IMG/VR virus record: IMGVR_UViG_3300049060_000085
Span: 10,771 to 74,770 of that record
Strand: one strand, 5' to 3'
Source of the DNA: a virus
DNA length: 64,000 nt
Shown here: positions 16,261 to 25,526 of the stretch, in pieces
Layout: the number at the start of each line of letters is the position of its first letter
How positions within the stretch are numbered: position 1 is the first letter of the stretch
Position numbers and translations under genes: made by a program
The notes under the pieces: generated by a model
Database searches by the model: none
What the model saw: the letters and a program-made list of their open reading frames with translations, nothing else
Told to the model about the DNA's origin: nothing

Positions 16261-17594
16261 GAATGCAGTGCGATAAGCCGATCGGCTTCGCGTTTGCCAG
16301 ACTCGTACGCTCCGGGAACCTGCGCGAAGCCTGTATCCAGGGTGGCCTCTCCCGCGAATAGCACCTTGTTATTTGCGACAGGCTCGCGCAACAGCGCGCG
16401 GTCCCCGAGCTGCGTGGTCGTGGTGAATGTGGAGTACGAGCCGCGCGCATACGGGTCCTGACCCCAGCGCGTGACCTTCACGCTCACCGGGTCGGGCGCG
16501 GTCGCGCACACGGTCGCGCGCAGCCGCGTCATCGCTTCGGCCTGTAGCTGCGCGTCGGTCCAGCCCTCGCGCTCGAGCGCCGCATCGCCGCTCAACCAGC
16601 CCATCAGCATCGGCTTGCCGGTGATGTGCTGCATGTTGATGAACACGCTGAACGCGCCGCGCGTGGTCGAGCTTGTGAGCAACACCGCGCGGTCCGCCGG
16701 CCAAAACTGCGTGCCCGTGGGGAACTCGAGGAAGACCTTGTTCAGCAAACCGCTGCCCAAGCGCGCGATCGCGCCCGTCTTCGCCGTGGGCAGCGCAGGC
16801 GTGAACGCGATGGCGTTCGCCTTGAGCACGCCAATCGGCACTGTGACGATCACGTGGTCAGCCTGGTGTGTGCCCGTGTGCTCGCCGAAGTCCGTAGTCA
16901 CGCTGACCATGCTGCCCGAGTAGTTGATCTCAAAGACCGGCTCACCGAACCGGATGTCGAGCCCGACTGCGAGTTGCTGAGCTACCTGATCGAAGCCGCC
17001 GGGGAAGGCGCTGTTGTCGCCCTCGCTTGAGCTAAAGAACACGTCCCATGCGGTCTTGTCGGACAGGTTGGGCACCAGCTCGAGTGCGGACTCGGCGGGG
17101 ATCTTCGACGCGCTGTTTGCGTATTCCGTGTCGATCGCGGCGGTTGTGAACGTCTCCACAAACCCCCTCGAATAAGGCCCAAATCCACCCGTGTAGTAAT
17201 GCACGTCGACCACGGTTTGCATCGACCAGCGAGGATGTAGCCACGCGTTCCAGCCCACACAGTCGACGATCCGCGCTCTCATGTCGCTAAAGATCGCCGG
17301 CGTAACCGTGGTAGGCGCCATCGGCAGCACGCGGTGGTACTTCATCGTGGTGAAGTCGGTGTTCACAATGTCGAGCTCCATGGCCGCAACCATCGACTCG
17401 AACTCGGCCCAATTGCCGTGAATCCACGCCGCGCCGAGATCGACAGTCGTGCCGCTCGGGTTGGTCCCCGAGCTCACGCGCCCGCCCACCCGATCGCGCG
17501 CTTCGAGCACGACGACCTCAAAACCGGCAGTCTTCAACCGCTGCGCAGCCGCAAGGCCCGCGAACCCTGCGCCCACCACAATGACTTTTGGCAT
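16257..17594 (-). CDS. flavin-containing amine oxidase (MAO/polyamine oxidase/LSD1 family)
   Basis: GAGFAGLAAA..VVLEARDRVGGR, DLGAAWIHG, VIVTVPIGVLK, LGSGLLNKVFLEF, TRWGQDPYARGSYS, LFAGEAT, VPGAYESGKREA. Confidence 0.95.
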   Translation of the reverse strand: MPKVIVVGAGFAGLAAAQRLKTAGFEVVVLEARDRVGGRVSSGTNPSGTTVDLGAAWIHGNWAEFESMVAAMELDIVNTDFTTMKYHRVLPMAPTTVTPAIFSDMRARIVDCVGWNAWLHPRWSMQTVVDVHYYTGGFGPYSRGFVETFTTAAIDTEYANSASKIPAESALELVPNLSDKTAWDVFFSSSEGDNSAFPGGFDQVAQQLAVGLDIRFGEPVFEINYSGSMVSVTTDFGEHTGTHQADHVIVTVPIGVLKANAIAFTPALPTAKTGAIARLGSGLLNKVFLEFPTGTQFWPADRAVLLTSSTTRGAFSVFINMQHITGKPMLMGWLSGDAALEREGWTDAQLQAEAMTRLRATVCATAPDPVSVKVTRWGQDPYARGSYSTFTTTTQLGDRALLREPVANNKVLFAGEATLDTGFAQVPGAYESGKREADRLIALHS

Positions 17595-17597
17595 AAG

Positions 17598-18179
17598 CTA
17601 TCTCCACTCCCCGATTTCAAAATGCATGGCGTCGATCAGCTCGCCGCCGAAGTCGATCCCGCACACGATTCCAGCCATCCATCTTCGCCCGCTCGGGTCG
17701 GTCACGAGCACGCGCACGCCGCGCGCCTTGTCGATGATCGGCCACAGGCTACCAGGTTTGCCGCGCGCCACACCCGGCTGACCCTGCTTGTTGAGCGCGG
17801 CGGAGTGGTTGAAGTCGAGCGCGATGCCGCGGCTGTGGCGGCTCAGGTAGGGTGCCCAGTCGCGCGTGGGGCTGTCGGTCTTGGCCAGGTTCTTCGCCCC
17901 TCTCATGAGCCGCGGGACGAAGCTGCCGCCGAACTCCTTGAGCGCTTCGCACGCCTCTTTGTCCCAGCTGCGAAACCAAGCCTCGAACACCGGCGCCGCG
18001 CGCTCATGCACGCGGATCGCCGTGGTGATGCCGGTCGGAACCGGCAGCTTGAGCCGCACAAGGTTTTCGGCCTCCCACTTGATCGGCACCGTGACCTTGC
18101 CCTCTTGCGAGATGACAAAGTCCAGGTCGAAGTTTTGGAGCATCCGCCCGCGCGTCAGTTGCCTGCAAACCAAGGGCAT
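17598..18179 (-). CDS. M15-family peptidoglycan peptidase (endolysin)
   Basis: FGGSFVPRLMRG..LSRHSRGIALD..DAMHFE Zn-peptidase motifs. Confidence 0.85.
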   Translation of the reverse strand: MPLVCRQLTRGRMLQNFDLDFVISQEGKVTVPIKWEAENLVRLKLPVPTGITTAIRVHERAAPVFEAWFRSWDKEACEALKEFGGSFVPRLMRGAKNLAKTDSPTRDWAPYLSRHSRGIALDFNHSAALNKQGQPGVARGKPGSLWPIIDKARGVRVLVTDPSGRRWMAGIVCGIDFGGELIDAMHFEIGEWR

Positions 18180-18430
18180 GCCGCCTCCGCATTGCGATCG
18201 TTGAGCTCGGCCAAACAGAGCGCGCACACGGGAACCGCGAGCTTGCGCCTCACCTGCTCACCTGGACGCCACTGTGCGTAGAAGTTCCACGCGTGGCGTA
18301 TGTTGCGTGGGCATGTAGGCGTTTTTCTGGCCGCGCTGTCCCGGTCACGCAGGTGTTGGAATACCGCAACCAACACCTTACACGCGACCGGGACTACTGC
18401 TCGCAGCGCTCGGACCAACTGCTTCCTCAC
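18155..18430 (-). CDS. hypothetical protein
   Basis: fills gap; CALC; start uncertain. Confidence 0.4.
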   Translation of the reverse strand: MRKQLVRALRAVVPVACKVLVAVFQHLRDRDSAARKTPTCPRNIRHAWNFYAQWRPGEQVRRKLAVPVCALCLAELNDRNAEAACPWFAGN

Positions 18431-18455
18431 GCTTCAAATGTAACACAGGACACAA

Positions 18456-18875
18456 CTAAACCGCGAGCTTGTACGCCATTCGCTTGCGTCTCTCGCCGCA
18501 CGGAAGCTGGCATGTCACCGTACGACCTACAGCGACCACCAGTTTTAGGTGCATCAGCCTACGTACTGCGCACCCCTGTTCCGACGAATGTGGAACAAAC
18601 CCCGGCCAACCTTCGGTGGCCGAGCCTTTGCGAATCTCCTCGAGCACGAGCTTTTGCGACTCGGTGAGTGTGCTGAGCGGGTCGAGTGTGGGCTCTGAAA
18701 TGTCCACCACGCGCAGCGCGGCGACGACCGCCGCGCACTTCTGACACGTGGCGCCTGTGACAGGGTCGGTTTCATCCTGAAGCTTTACCCCGCTCGCGGC
18801 CTTGCCGCAGAACGTCTTATGCCCGCGCGCGATATGCAGCACGAGCTCGGTACTCTTTCGGCGTGGGGTTTTCAT
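18456..18875 (-). CDS. Zn-finger + winged-helix-like protein
   Basis: H..H.TFCG..TCQKC; LTESQKLVLEEIR..VRRLMHLKLV. Confidence 0.65.
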   Translation of the reverse strand: MKTPRRKSTELVLHIARGHKTFCGKAASGVKLQDETDPVTGATCQKCAAVVAALRVVDISEPTLDPLSTLTESQKLVLEEIRKGSATEGWPGFVPHSSEQGCAVRRLMHLKLVVAVGRTVTCQLPCGERRKRMAYKLAV

Positions 18876-19087
18876 GATGGTCGCAGCGCCTTTCGAACAT
18901 CTTCGAGACGGGCGCCGATGTCGGAAAGATCGACCGTCTGATCGTCGGCACAGTAGCGGTCATACACCGCGACGGCTTCGCGCGCGGTGCGTTTCAGCGG
19001 CAACAGCTCTGCGAGTAGACTGTCCGCGAAGGTTCGGTCTTTACAGTGAGCGGGCGATCCGCACTTGGGCACGTGTGAACATTCCAT
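18872..19087 (-). CDS. hypothetical protein
   Basis: start trimmed to MECSHV. Confidence 0.6.
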   Translation of the reverse strand: MECSHVPKCGSPAHCKDRTFADSLLAELLPLKRTAREAVAVYDRYCADDQTVDLSDIGARLEDVRKALRPS

Positions 19088-19089
19088 GG

Positions 19090-19812
19090 TCACCCCGCTA
19101 GCAATCTGGTTTCGACGAACTCTTTTTTGAAGCGGAACACGAAGGCGACGCCGTGCCCGTCTGCATGGATTTGGTTGTACTGGAAGGGCACAAACCCTTG
19201 CCGGTTGTTGTCGTCCGCGTCTTGCCCGAGCCAGATAGGCTGGTTTCTCTTGTTGCGCTTCATGCCCGCGAAGACGTCGTACTGCCCGTCGCGCATGTGG
19301 TGACCCCAGTGAATCATGGAGTCCTCTTCGAAGAATTTCCCGCTCTTGGGAACGATGCGCACGATCGCGAGGCTCTCCAGCCGCGGCTTCAGCTCTGGAA
19401 GCCACGGCGTCGTCTGGCGGTCGAACCCGAAGTCTTCGCCGGGCGAGATGCTACGAAGGGCAAGCGTCGAAAGCGCGCGCGCGCCCTGCCGCATGTCTCG
19501 AACCCACATGTCCATATGCCGCGCGTTGGCCGGCCAGTCGCGCCACCCTTGAATGTACCAAGGCACGGTGACTACGAAGTCCTGGCCTATCCACTGCGTC
19601 GCGATGAACGGCGCGGCGAGCTGGCCCTGGAAGTACGGTGTGCCGAGCACCGCTCCGTGGTTGGACGGGTCAAGCAGCCGTGACTTCGCCTTGCGCTTCG
19701 CGATGGTCCGACGCGACACTGCATGACTCGCAGCCGCTTTGCGCTTGTCCGCTGGCGTCATCGTGATCGTGCTGAGCAGTTGCTTGAGATTCATACGCTG
19801 ATAGTTCGGCAT
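19090..19812 (-). CDS. diverged RusA-like Holliday-junction resolvase candidate
   Basis: position after DnaB; IVRIVPK..FEEDSM..MRDG..DADD echoes the RusA R..DxDN..K..DG..DD pattern. Confidence 0.5.
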   Translation of the reverse strand: MPNYQRMNLKQLLSTITMTPADKRKAAASHAVSRRTIAKRKAKSRLLDPSNHGAVLGTPYFQGQLAAPFIATQWIGQDFVVTVPWYIQGWRDWPANARHMDMWVRDMRQGARALSTLALRSISPGEDFGFDRQTTPWLPELKPRLESLAIVRIVPKSGKFFEEDSMIHWGHHMRDGQYDVFAGMKRNKRNQPIWLGQDADDNNRQGFVPFQYNQIHADGHGVAFVFRFKKEFVETRLLAG

Positions 19813-20062
19813 GCCGCTGTTCCTCGTTGAACCGCTGAATAGCGTGGTCGATCGTGAGCTGCACCCACTTCGTTTTCTTCGGACGTTTGGCGCGCGCGGT
19901 GTGCGGCAGCGTGGCTTGCACGGCGCGTTTGCCCTTGCGCTTTTCTTCGCGCGCTTTCTTATCTTCGCTCTTCTGGTAATCGAGCGCAGCTTTGATATGC
20001 GTCTTCGGTTTGCGTGGCATCGGTTGGCTCCTGGGGTTCGGAGGCTTCGTGTCTTTCGACAA
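19670..20062 (-). CDS. basic hypothetical protein
   Basis: directly after DnaB; 3' end overlaps the next ORF by 143 nt. Confidence 0.5.
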   Translation of the reverse strand: MSKDTKPPNPRSQPMPRKPKTHIKAALDYQKSEDKKAREEKRKGKRAVQATLPHTARAKRPKKTKWVQLTIDHAIQRFNEEQRHAELSAYESQATAQHDHDDASGQAQSGCESCSVASDHREAQGEVTAA

Positions 20063-20106
20063 TGTCTGTGAGAACTCTTCTGATTACGTCGAACAGGGGG
20101 ACGGGA

Positions 20107-21468
20107 TCACCACCGCGGGTTGGTTGCATGTGAATCCTCTTGTTCGTGCCGGGCCCTGTCGCTGAACCTGGCGTACTTGCCGTCGAAGCGGCAGGCGAAC
20201 TCACCGAGCTCACCGCCGCGCTGTTTCCGCAGATGTATTTTCGCTGCCGTCCGGTCGTTCTGGTCAACGGTTACGAACAACACGACATCCGCATCTTGTT
20301 CTATGGAACCACTCTCGCGCAAGTCGCTAAGTTGCGGAGGTCGATTGTCCCTCTTCTCTACCTCGCGATTCATCTGCGCCAGCAGAACTACGGGTACGTT
20401 CAGTTCTTTCGCGAGTAGCTTGCACTCACGACTTATCTCCGACACCTCTTGTTCGCGGGAATACCCTGACGACTTCCCGCGGTGTTGTTCGCTTTTGATG
20501 AGTTGCAAGTAGTCGATGACGATGATCCCCAACGGGTCGCGCATGTGCTCTCTGCGCGCGTGTCTTGATACTTGCTCGATGGTCCAGCGCGCGGCGTCCA
20601 CGACGGTCATCTTCTTTCCAATGAGACCGTTCATGGCTGCGATCATCGGCCTGAACTGCTGCATGCCAAACGCCCGGCGGTTGATGGTCTTGCTGTCGAC
20701 TTGAGCGCGGCCAGCGAGAAGCCGTTCTGCGAGCTCCTCTTTCGACATCTCGAAGCTGTAGATCATCGCGCGCGCGCCAAAGTCCATGGCGGACTCAGCG
20801 CACTGCACGCCCAGGCATGTTTTCCCTGAGCCTGGGCGTCCTGCGATGACGATGCTCTGCCCTGGCTTGAGCCCATCAAGCATACCTTCTAGCGTTTTCA
20901 ACGGGGCCGGGATGAATTGCCGAGGCGGCAGCGTCATCCCATCGCGCATGCTCATGGCAGCCTGCACGATAGGCTCCATCAGCTTGTCGATGTTCTCGGC
21001 GCGAACGCCGTGCTCGCGCTCGGCCAGCGCAGCCGAGAACTCTGTGCCGGCCCGATCAAGAACGCGCTCGGGGTCTGCCGTTGACTCGGGGTCGTTGCAC
21101 ATCCCGAGCACTGTGAGACACGCGCGCGAGACCCTGCGCAACACGGCCAGGTTCTTCAGCAACGCAACGGCCGAATCGAGAGATTGGCCCACCAGGTGCG
21201 AGTAGCCACGCAGCATCATCTCGTCGAGAAACCGAACAACGCCCGGCTTGCCCGCGCACGCAGCGCGCAGGCTGACCATGTCGAGCACCTGTGCGTTTTT
21301 GTTGAGCACGTCGAGCGCTCGCTCGAACGTTTCGGCATGCTCGGGAATGTGAAAGTCGTCAGGCGTGAGCGCGGCCGCAACGATCGGCGCGTTCGTCTCG
21401 AGCAAAAGCATCGAGGAGATTACAGCTTCTTCGAGACGAGGATTGTGCGGAAGGCTAGGTGCAAGCAT
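20107..21468 (-). CDS. dnaB: replicative DNA helicase
   Basis: N-domain LPHNPRLEEAVI; GRPGSGKT, SFEMSKEEL, VIDYLQLI, SDLRESGSIEQDADVVLF. Confidence 0.97.
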   Translation of the reverse strand: MLAPSLPHNPRLEEAVISSMLLLETNAPIVAAALTPDDFHIPEHAETFERALDVLNKNAQVLDMVSLRAACAGKPGVVRFLDEMMLRGYSHLVGQSLDSAVALLKNLAVLRRVSRACLTVLGMCNDPESTADPERVLDRAGTEFSAALAEREHGVRAENIDKLMEPIVQAAMSMRDGMTLPPRQFIPAPLKTLEGMLDGLKPGQSIVIAGRPGSGKTCLGVQCAESAMDFGARAMIYSFEMSKEELAERLLAGRAQVDSKTINRRAFGMQQFRPMIAAMNGLIGKKMTVVDAARWTIEQVSRHARREHMRDPLGIIVIDYLQLIKSEQHRGKSSGYSREQEVSEISRECKLLAKELNVPVVLLAQMNREVEKRDNRPPQLSDLRESGSIEQDADVVLFVTVDQNDRTAAKIHLRKQRGGELGEFACRFDGKYARFSDRARHEQEDSHATNPRW

Positions 21469-22462
21469 TGGCCTCCCTGAGACGCGCGGCGATGCTCTCC
21501 AGCAGCTTGCCCGCCTCTTCTACTTCGGCGCGGCACTCGGGCGTCTTGCTGTACTCGTGACCGATCCGATACTCCTCCAGGTCACGGCGACGACATATGC
21601 CGCCGAGGTACGGGTTTTTCACCAAGTCGTCGGGGCTCTCGGGCTTCGAGGTTTCCTCCTGTTCCCGTGGCACAGGTCGGATGGCCGCGAGGTAGGGGAT
21701 CGGGTTCGCCGCGGCAAAGGCGAACGAATAGCCCTCTCTGCGGCCACGTTCCCCGCCGAGCACCCCGTTGGCCACCGCCTTGAGCAGCTCAAACGGCTCT
21801 CGACCCCACTCGGCTCGGGAGGTGGGCAGAAGCGCCCAGCGCGCCAGTTCGAGCGTGTGCCGACGCAGGTACTTTGGTGTCACCCCCGCCTGTTTGGGAC
21901 CCTGCTCACGGATGTACTGCTCGAGCGCTTCGGCCAGCCGGTAGCGCTCTGCGAACTCTCCCGGAGCTTCGACCTGAGGAAGCGCGCTCGCGCGCGTATT
22001 CTCCTCTTTAATCTCTTCTATCTTATCTATCTGTGATTTTGGTGTTGAATGATTTTCAACACTTAGGTCTTTTTGGACTACACGAGCGACGTCAGTGCGA
22101 TGTTCATGCGACGTCAATGCGACGTCAGTGGACCGTCGATCGAGCGTCAGAGCCACGTCGAAGTCAGGTGTGAACCCGACCGTCACCGTCGACGTTTCAA
22201 CGCGAATGAGCCCCAGCTCGTAGTAGCGCTGGAGCGCTGCTCTGACGTTGCGGCGCTCGGGGCCGTGGATCGACATCTGCCGGCACATCCACCCCATCCA
22301 GTCCTTGCCGTGGACCGCATACGCCAACCCCTTCGTGAGCAAGAACAAGCGCAGACACAGACCCATGTCATGGGTGCTAACTCCGACCCACAAGGGGTGA
22401 AGTTCGACGGGGAACGGGACGAATGGGTAGCCGACCTTGCCGCTCATGAAGCACCCCCGCAA
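21455..22462 (-). CDS. phage replication initiator (lambda O/replisome-organizer-like)
   Basis: N-terminal winged-helix-like region, repeat-encoded linker, upstream of dnaB. Confidence 0.75.
   Translation of the reverse strand: MRGCFMSGKVGYPFVPFPVELHPLWVGVSTHDMGLCLRLFLLTKGLAYAVHGKDWMGWMCRQMSIHGPERRNVRAALQRYYELGLIRVETSTVTVGFTPDFDVALTLDRRSTDVALTSHEHRTDVARVVQKDLSVENHSTPKSQIDKIEEIKEENTRASALPQVEAPGEFAERYRLAEALEQYIREQGPKQAGVTPKYLRRHTLELARWALLPTSRAEWGREPFELLKAVANGVLGGERGRREGYSFAFAAANPIPYLAAIRPVPREQEETSKPESPDDLVKNPYLGGICRRRDLEEYRIGHEYSKTPECRAEVEEAGKLLESIAARLREANACT
22007..22130. repeat. putative replication origin: three GCGACGTCA iterons + AT-rich tract + palindrome
   Basis: iterons 22086-94, 22108-16, 22119-27; GTGTTGAA-N5-TTCAACAC 22042-62; AT-rich 22007-22080. 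Confidence 0.7.
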
Positions 22463-22674
22463 AAGGTGCTTGCGTCCAACACGGCCAAGTGCGATGGTCG
22501 GGTGTAGGACACGAAATCACGTTTGGTTTCATCCGTGTGACGGCTTGGGCTAGGCTCGTCGGCGGGGGTGGCCAAAGCTATCGCCCGATGCGATAGTGCA
22601 CCTTGTTCGGTGGTGGTTACGGTGGTGAGCCCGCTGGGGTCGTGTCCAGCGGGCTCTTGTTCTTTAAAGCGCAT
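22444..22674 (-). CDS. hypothetical protein
   Basis: GGAGG SD before ATG. Confidence 0.4.
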   Translation of the reverse strand: MRFKEQEPAGHDPSGLTTVTTTEQGALSHRAIALATPADEPSPSRHTDETKRDFVSYTRPSHLAVLDASTFCGGAS

Positions 22675-22906
22675 GTGATCCTCCTACTGGTAATGGGTGG
22701 GGTCTCGTTGCACCGCAAAAAAGACACCGCCGCCGTCAGCTGCGGAAAGCAGTAAGGGGTTACTGCGCAGCAGACGGCGGCGTTGTCACCGCGGGCATAC
22801 AGCGCGCTCTGGACTGGAGCGCGGGGCTGTGACGCTCACCGGTGCGCGAAGCTGGGGTGATTCCCGCACCGTTCAACGTCATAGCGTAGTCCAACATCCT
22901 CAGGCC

Positions 22907-23203
22907 TCATCCGTGGTCCCAACGTGCCGGGGGGATCCAGCATACGGTCTCGAACGCGCGCCGTAACCTGGAATCTGGCAGAACTTCCCCATTCAGCACG
23001 AGTGACACAGTCTTCTGCGTTGTTCCCAGCTGCTTGGCCAGCTCGACCTGTGTCAGTCCATAGATGCGCATGTAGGCCAGCGCCGTGATCACCGGGTGAG
23101 CGCGGGGCGCTGCGACCTTGACCGCATCCCTTCCGCCCATTGCCACCCGGGCAACCTCGTTCGCCCACCGGTCCTTCGCCCGCTCTTTCTGAACAGCTCC
23201 CAT
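22907..23203 (-). CDS. Cro-like XRE HTH protein
   Basis: YMRIYGLTQVELAKQLGTTQKTVSLVLNGEVLP. Confidence 0.85.
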   Translation of the reverse strand: MGAVQKERAKDRWANEVARVAMGGRDAVKVAAPRAHPVITALAYMRIYGLTQVELAKQLGTTQKTVSLVLNGEVLPDSRLRRAFETVCWIPPARWDHG

Positions 23204-23318
23204 AAGCCCTACTGGTATAGGCTCATTCGCCGGGACGCAAGGGGTTTTCCAGGAATTCGTCATATGGCCAGTTTTGGTCATCCGATGAAGAGGCTCATCG
23301 CGCGCGTCTGTGTCTGCG

Positions 23319-23411
23319 ACGTGTTTATCTTCGGTCCGAGAAACACGTGCGATGTTTATTTTCAAAAAACAAACAAGATGACTTGACGGATCGATCGCGC
23401 GGATACATATA
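23319..23411. promoter_or_regulatory. divergent control region: ACGTGTTT-N14-AAACACGT inverted repeat and TTGACG-N17-CATATA
   Basis: AT-rich gap between divergent blocks. Confidence 0.45.
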
Positions 23412-23418
23412 GACGTGC

Positions 23419-23871
23419 ATGAGCGTCATCGATATCGACCTGATGCGCCGATGGTTGGCGACAAGAAACGCGGTCAATGCTTTGGTTATCGACCAAAGCA
23501 CGTGCGTGACATTTTTTCTTCGCGCCACCGATGGTGTGCGAAGCATCATCGCCAAAAGCCGAGGCGTCCCGCTTCAGTTTCCTACTGAGCTGGACAAGCT
23601 GCGGTGCGAGCTCGCGCTGAAGGTCGGCGACCTGAGCGATTGCCTCGACATACTGCACTCGCTGGCCGAGTCCATCTCTACCGATCTTGCGTTGATCAAC
23701 GAACAGGAGAAAGCGCTTGCTCAAGCACAGTCTGACCAGCATCGACCCGCAGTCGGACCTGGACGCAGATCCCCGCGCTCTCAACGCACCGGACCTCGAA
23801 AGTCCGGAGGTCGAAGAGGCGGAGCGGGAGGCGGAGGAGTACCAGAGCCAGAGCCTCCAAAATCTGCTTGA
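23419..23871 (+). CDS. hypothetical protein
   Basis: first ORF of + strand middle block; helical N-part, low-complexity tail. Confidence 0.55.
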   Translation: MSVIDIDLMRRWLATRNAVNALVIDQSTCVTFFLRATDGVRSIIAKSRGVPLQFPTELDKLRCELALKVGDLSDCLDILHSLAESISTDLALINEQEKALAQAQSDQHRPAVGPGRRSPRSQRTGPRKSGGRRGGAGGGGVPEPEPPKSA

Positions 23872-23890
23872 AAGTGAACCAGAGGAGCTT

Positions 23891-24124
23891 ATGAACGACG
23901 ACACCTTCGAGCGCGAGCTCCAGGCGTGGCTCGATCGCACGATGGATCCGGAAGAGCTTGCCGAGGTCCGCAAAGTGATTGACGAGGCCATCATTCGGCG
24001 CACCCGAGAGGCAGCGGGCGCATATCACGCGGGCGTCAAGCTACAAAGAGAGCTTCGTATCGTGCCACGACAGAAGCGCAGCGACGCAGGCAAACCGAAC
24101 CCGAAGCGAGGAAGAAAGTCATGA
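23891..24124 (+). CDS. hypothetical protein with basic C-terminal tail
   Basis: start moved to ATG 23891 after GAGGAG; ends KRSDAGKPNPKRGRKS. Confidence 0.6.
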   Translation: MNDDTFERELQAWLDRTMDPEELAEVRKVIDEAIIRRTREAAGAYHAGVKLQRELRIVPRQKRSDAGKPNPKRGRKS

Positions 24125-25488
24125 CCGCAGGGACAGCGTTCACTTTCAAGAAAGCCACGAAGACGACAGCCAAGGCACGCATAGTCCTGATGGGCCCGAG
24201 CGGCGGCGGAAAAACAAAGACCGCGCTGCTGATTGCGGCCGGCCTCGTGGGACCGAACGGCAAGATCGCCGTGATCGACACGGAGAACGCAAGCGCCTCG
24301 AAGTACGCGGGGGATGACGGTGTCGAATTCGACGTGCTTGTTCTGGAAAGCTTTGCGCCGACCGCGTACGTGCAAGCTATCAAAGCAGCCGAGGAGGCTG
24401 GGTACGATGCTGTGATCGTCGATTCGCTGACGCATGCGTGGGCCGGCAAAGGCGGCGCGCTCGAGCAGGTTGACAACGCCGCCAAACGCTCGCAGAGCGG
24501 CAACGCATACATGGCGTGGCGAGACGTTACGCCGCAGCACAACGCGCTCGTGGATGCGCTCGTGCGCTGCAAGTGCCACCTGATCGCAACACTGCGCACT
24601 AAGACTGATTACGTACTCGAAGAGGTTACGAAAAACGGCAAGACCACCAAACAGCCGAGGCGCATCGGCCTTGCGCCGGTGCAGCGCGAAGGTATGGAAT
24701 ACGAGTTTGACGTCGCTGCGGACATCACGCTCGACCATGACCTGATCGTCACAAAGTCACGTTGCAGCGCGCTCGACGAAGCCGTCATCCGGAAGGCTGG
24801 CAAGGAGCTTGGGCGAACGCTCGCCGCATGGCTGAGCGACGGCGCCCCGGCGCCTGAGCCAGCGCCCGAGCCGGAACAGAAGACGCCTACGCTCGTGGAT
24901 GCGCTCAAAGAGCGCAAATCAGCTGTTGACGCGCGGGCCGCTGCCGCTGACCGTCCAGACACGCGCCCCGCGCGCAGGATCGGTGTGGACGTGCCGGCCA
25001 AGCCGGAGCCCGGGGTGCCGGTAATCGGCGGCAAAAAGCACCCGAAAGCTGGGCAGCCCATCAGCGCGCTCAGCGACGACGAGGTCATTGCGTACATCCG
25101 GCAGATGATGCACGTGGCCGAGTCTCCGAGGTGGAGCGCGGAAATGGCTCCCAAGATCGCCGAAGCCAAGGCGTGGGCCACGGCTGCGCGCGGCATCAAC
25201 GACTTCTCCAAGCGCCAACAAGACCGCTCAGAGCAGCTGAAGGCTGCGGTCACGGGCGAGGAGTACAATCCCGAGCTCTACCTGTGCGTGCACCCGAAGT
25301 GGGAAGGTGAAAACATTCTCAGTTGGAACAGCGTGGAACAGTGCGCTGACTACTCGGCATGGCTGAGCGCTTGGGTGAATCCCACGCAGACCGCGCGCAA
25401 GCTGCTCGTGGAAAAACGCATTGCGTGGCTCGCGGAACAAGAGGCTGCGCGCGTCGAAGCGGCGATGGCGGCGACGGCGGCACCGTAA
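24121..25488 (+). CDS. AAA_24-family ATPase (Sak4-like recombinase) with long C-terminal extension
   Basis: GPSGGGKT, IAVIDTEN, VIVDSLTHAW, IGLAPVQREGMEYEFD. Confidence 0.9.
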   Translation: MTAGTAFTFKKATKTTAKARIVLMGPSGGGKTKTALLIAAGLVGPNGKIAVIDTENASASKYAGDDGVEFDVLVLESFAPTAYVQAIKAAEEAGYDAVIVDSLTHAWAGKGGALEQVDNAAKRSQSGNAYMAWRDVTPQHNALVDALVRCKCHLIATLRTKTDYVLEEVTKNGKTTKQPRRIGLAPVQREGMEYEFDVAADITLDHDLIVTKSRCSALDEAVIRKAGKELGRTLAAWLSDGAPAPEPAPEPEQKTPTLVDALKERKSAVDARAAAADRPDTRPARRIGVDVPAKPEPGVPVIGGKKHPKAGQPISALSDDEVIAYIRQMMHVAESPRWSAEMAPKIAEAKAWATAARGINDFSKRQQDRSEQLKAAVTGEEYNPELYLCVHPKWEGENILSWNSVEQCADYSAWLSAWVNPTQTARKLLVEKRIAWLAEQEAARVEAAMAATAAP

Positions 25489-25526
25489 CGCTCAGACGTC
25501 TAACGTAACCCCTAGACAAAAGGCTT

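Noticed and set aside
23717-23890. Acidic N-terminal extension of 23717-24124 giving an acidic + AT-hook (CarD/HMGA-like) protein
   Set aside because: The segment overlaps the 23419 ORF by 155 nt, and an ATG preceded by GAGGAG exists at 23891; kept only as the shorter gene
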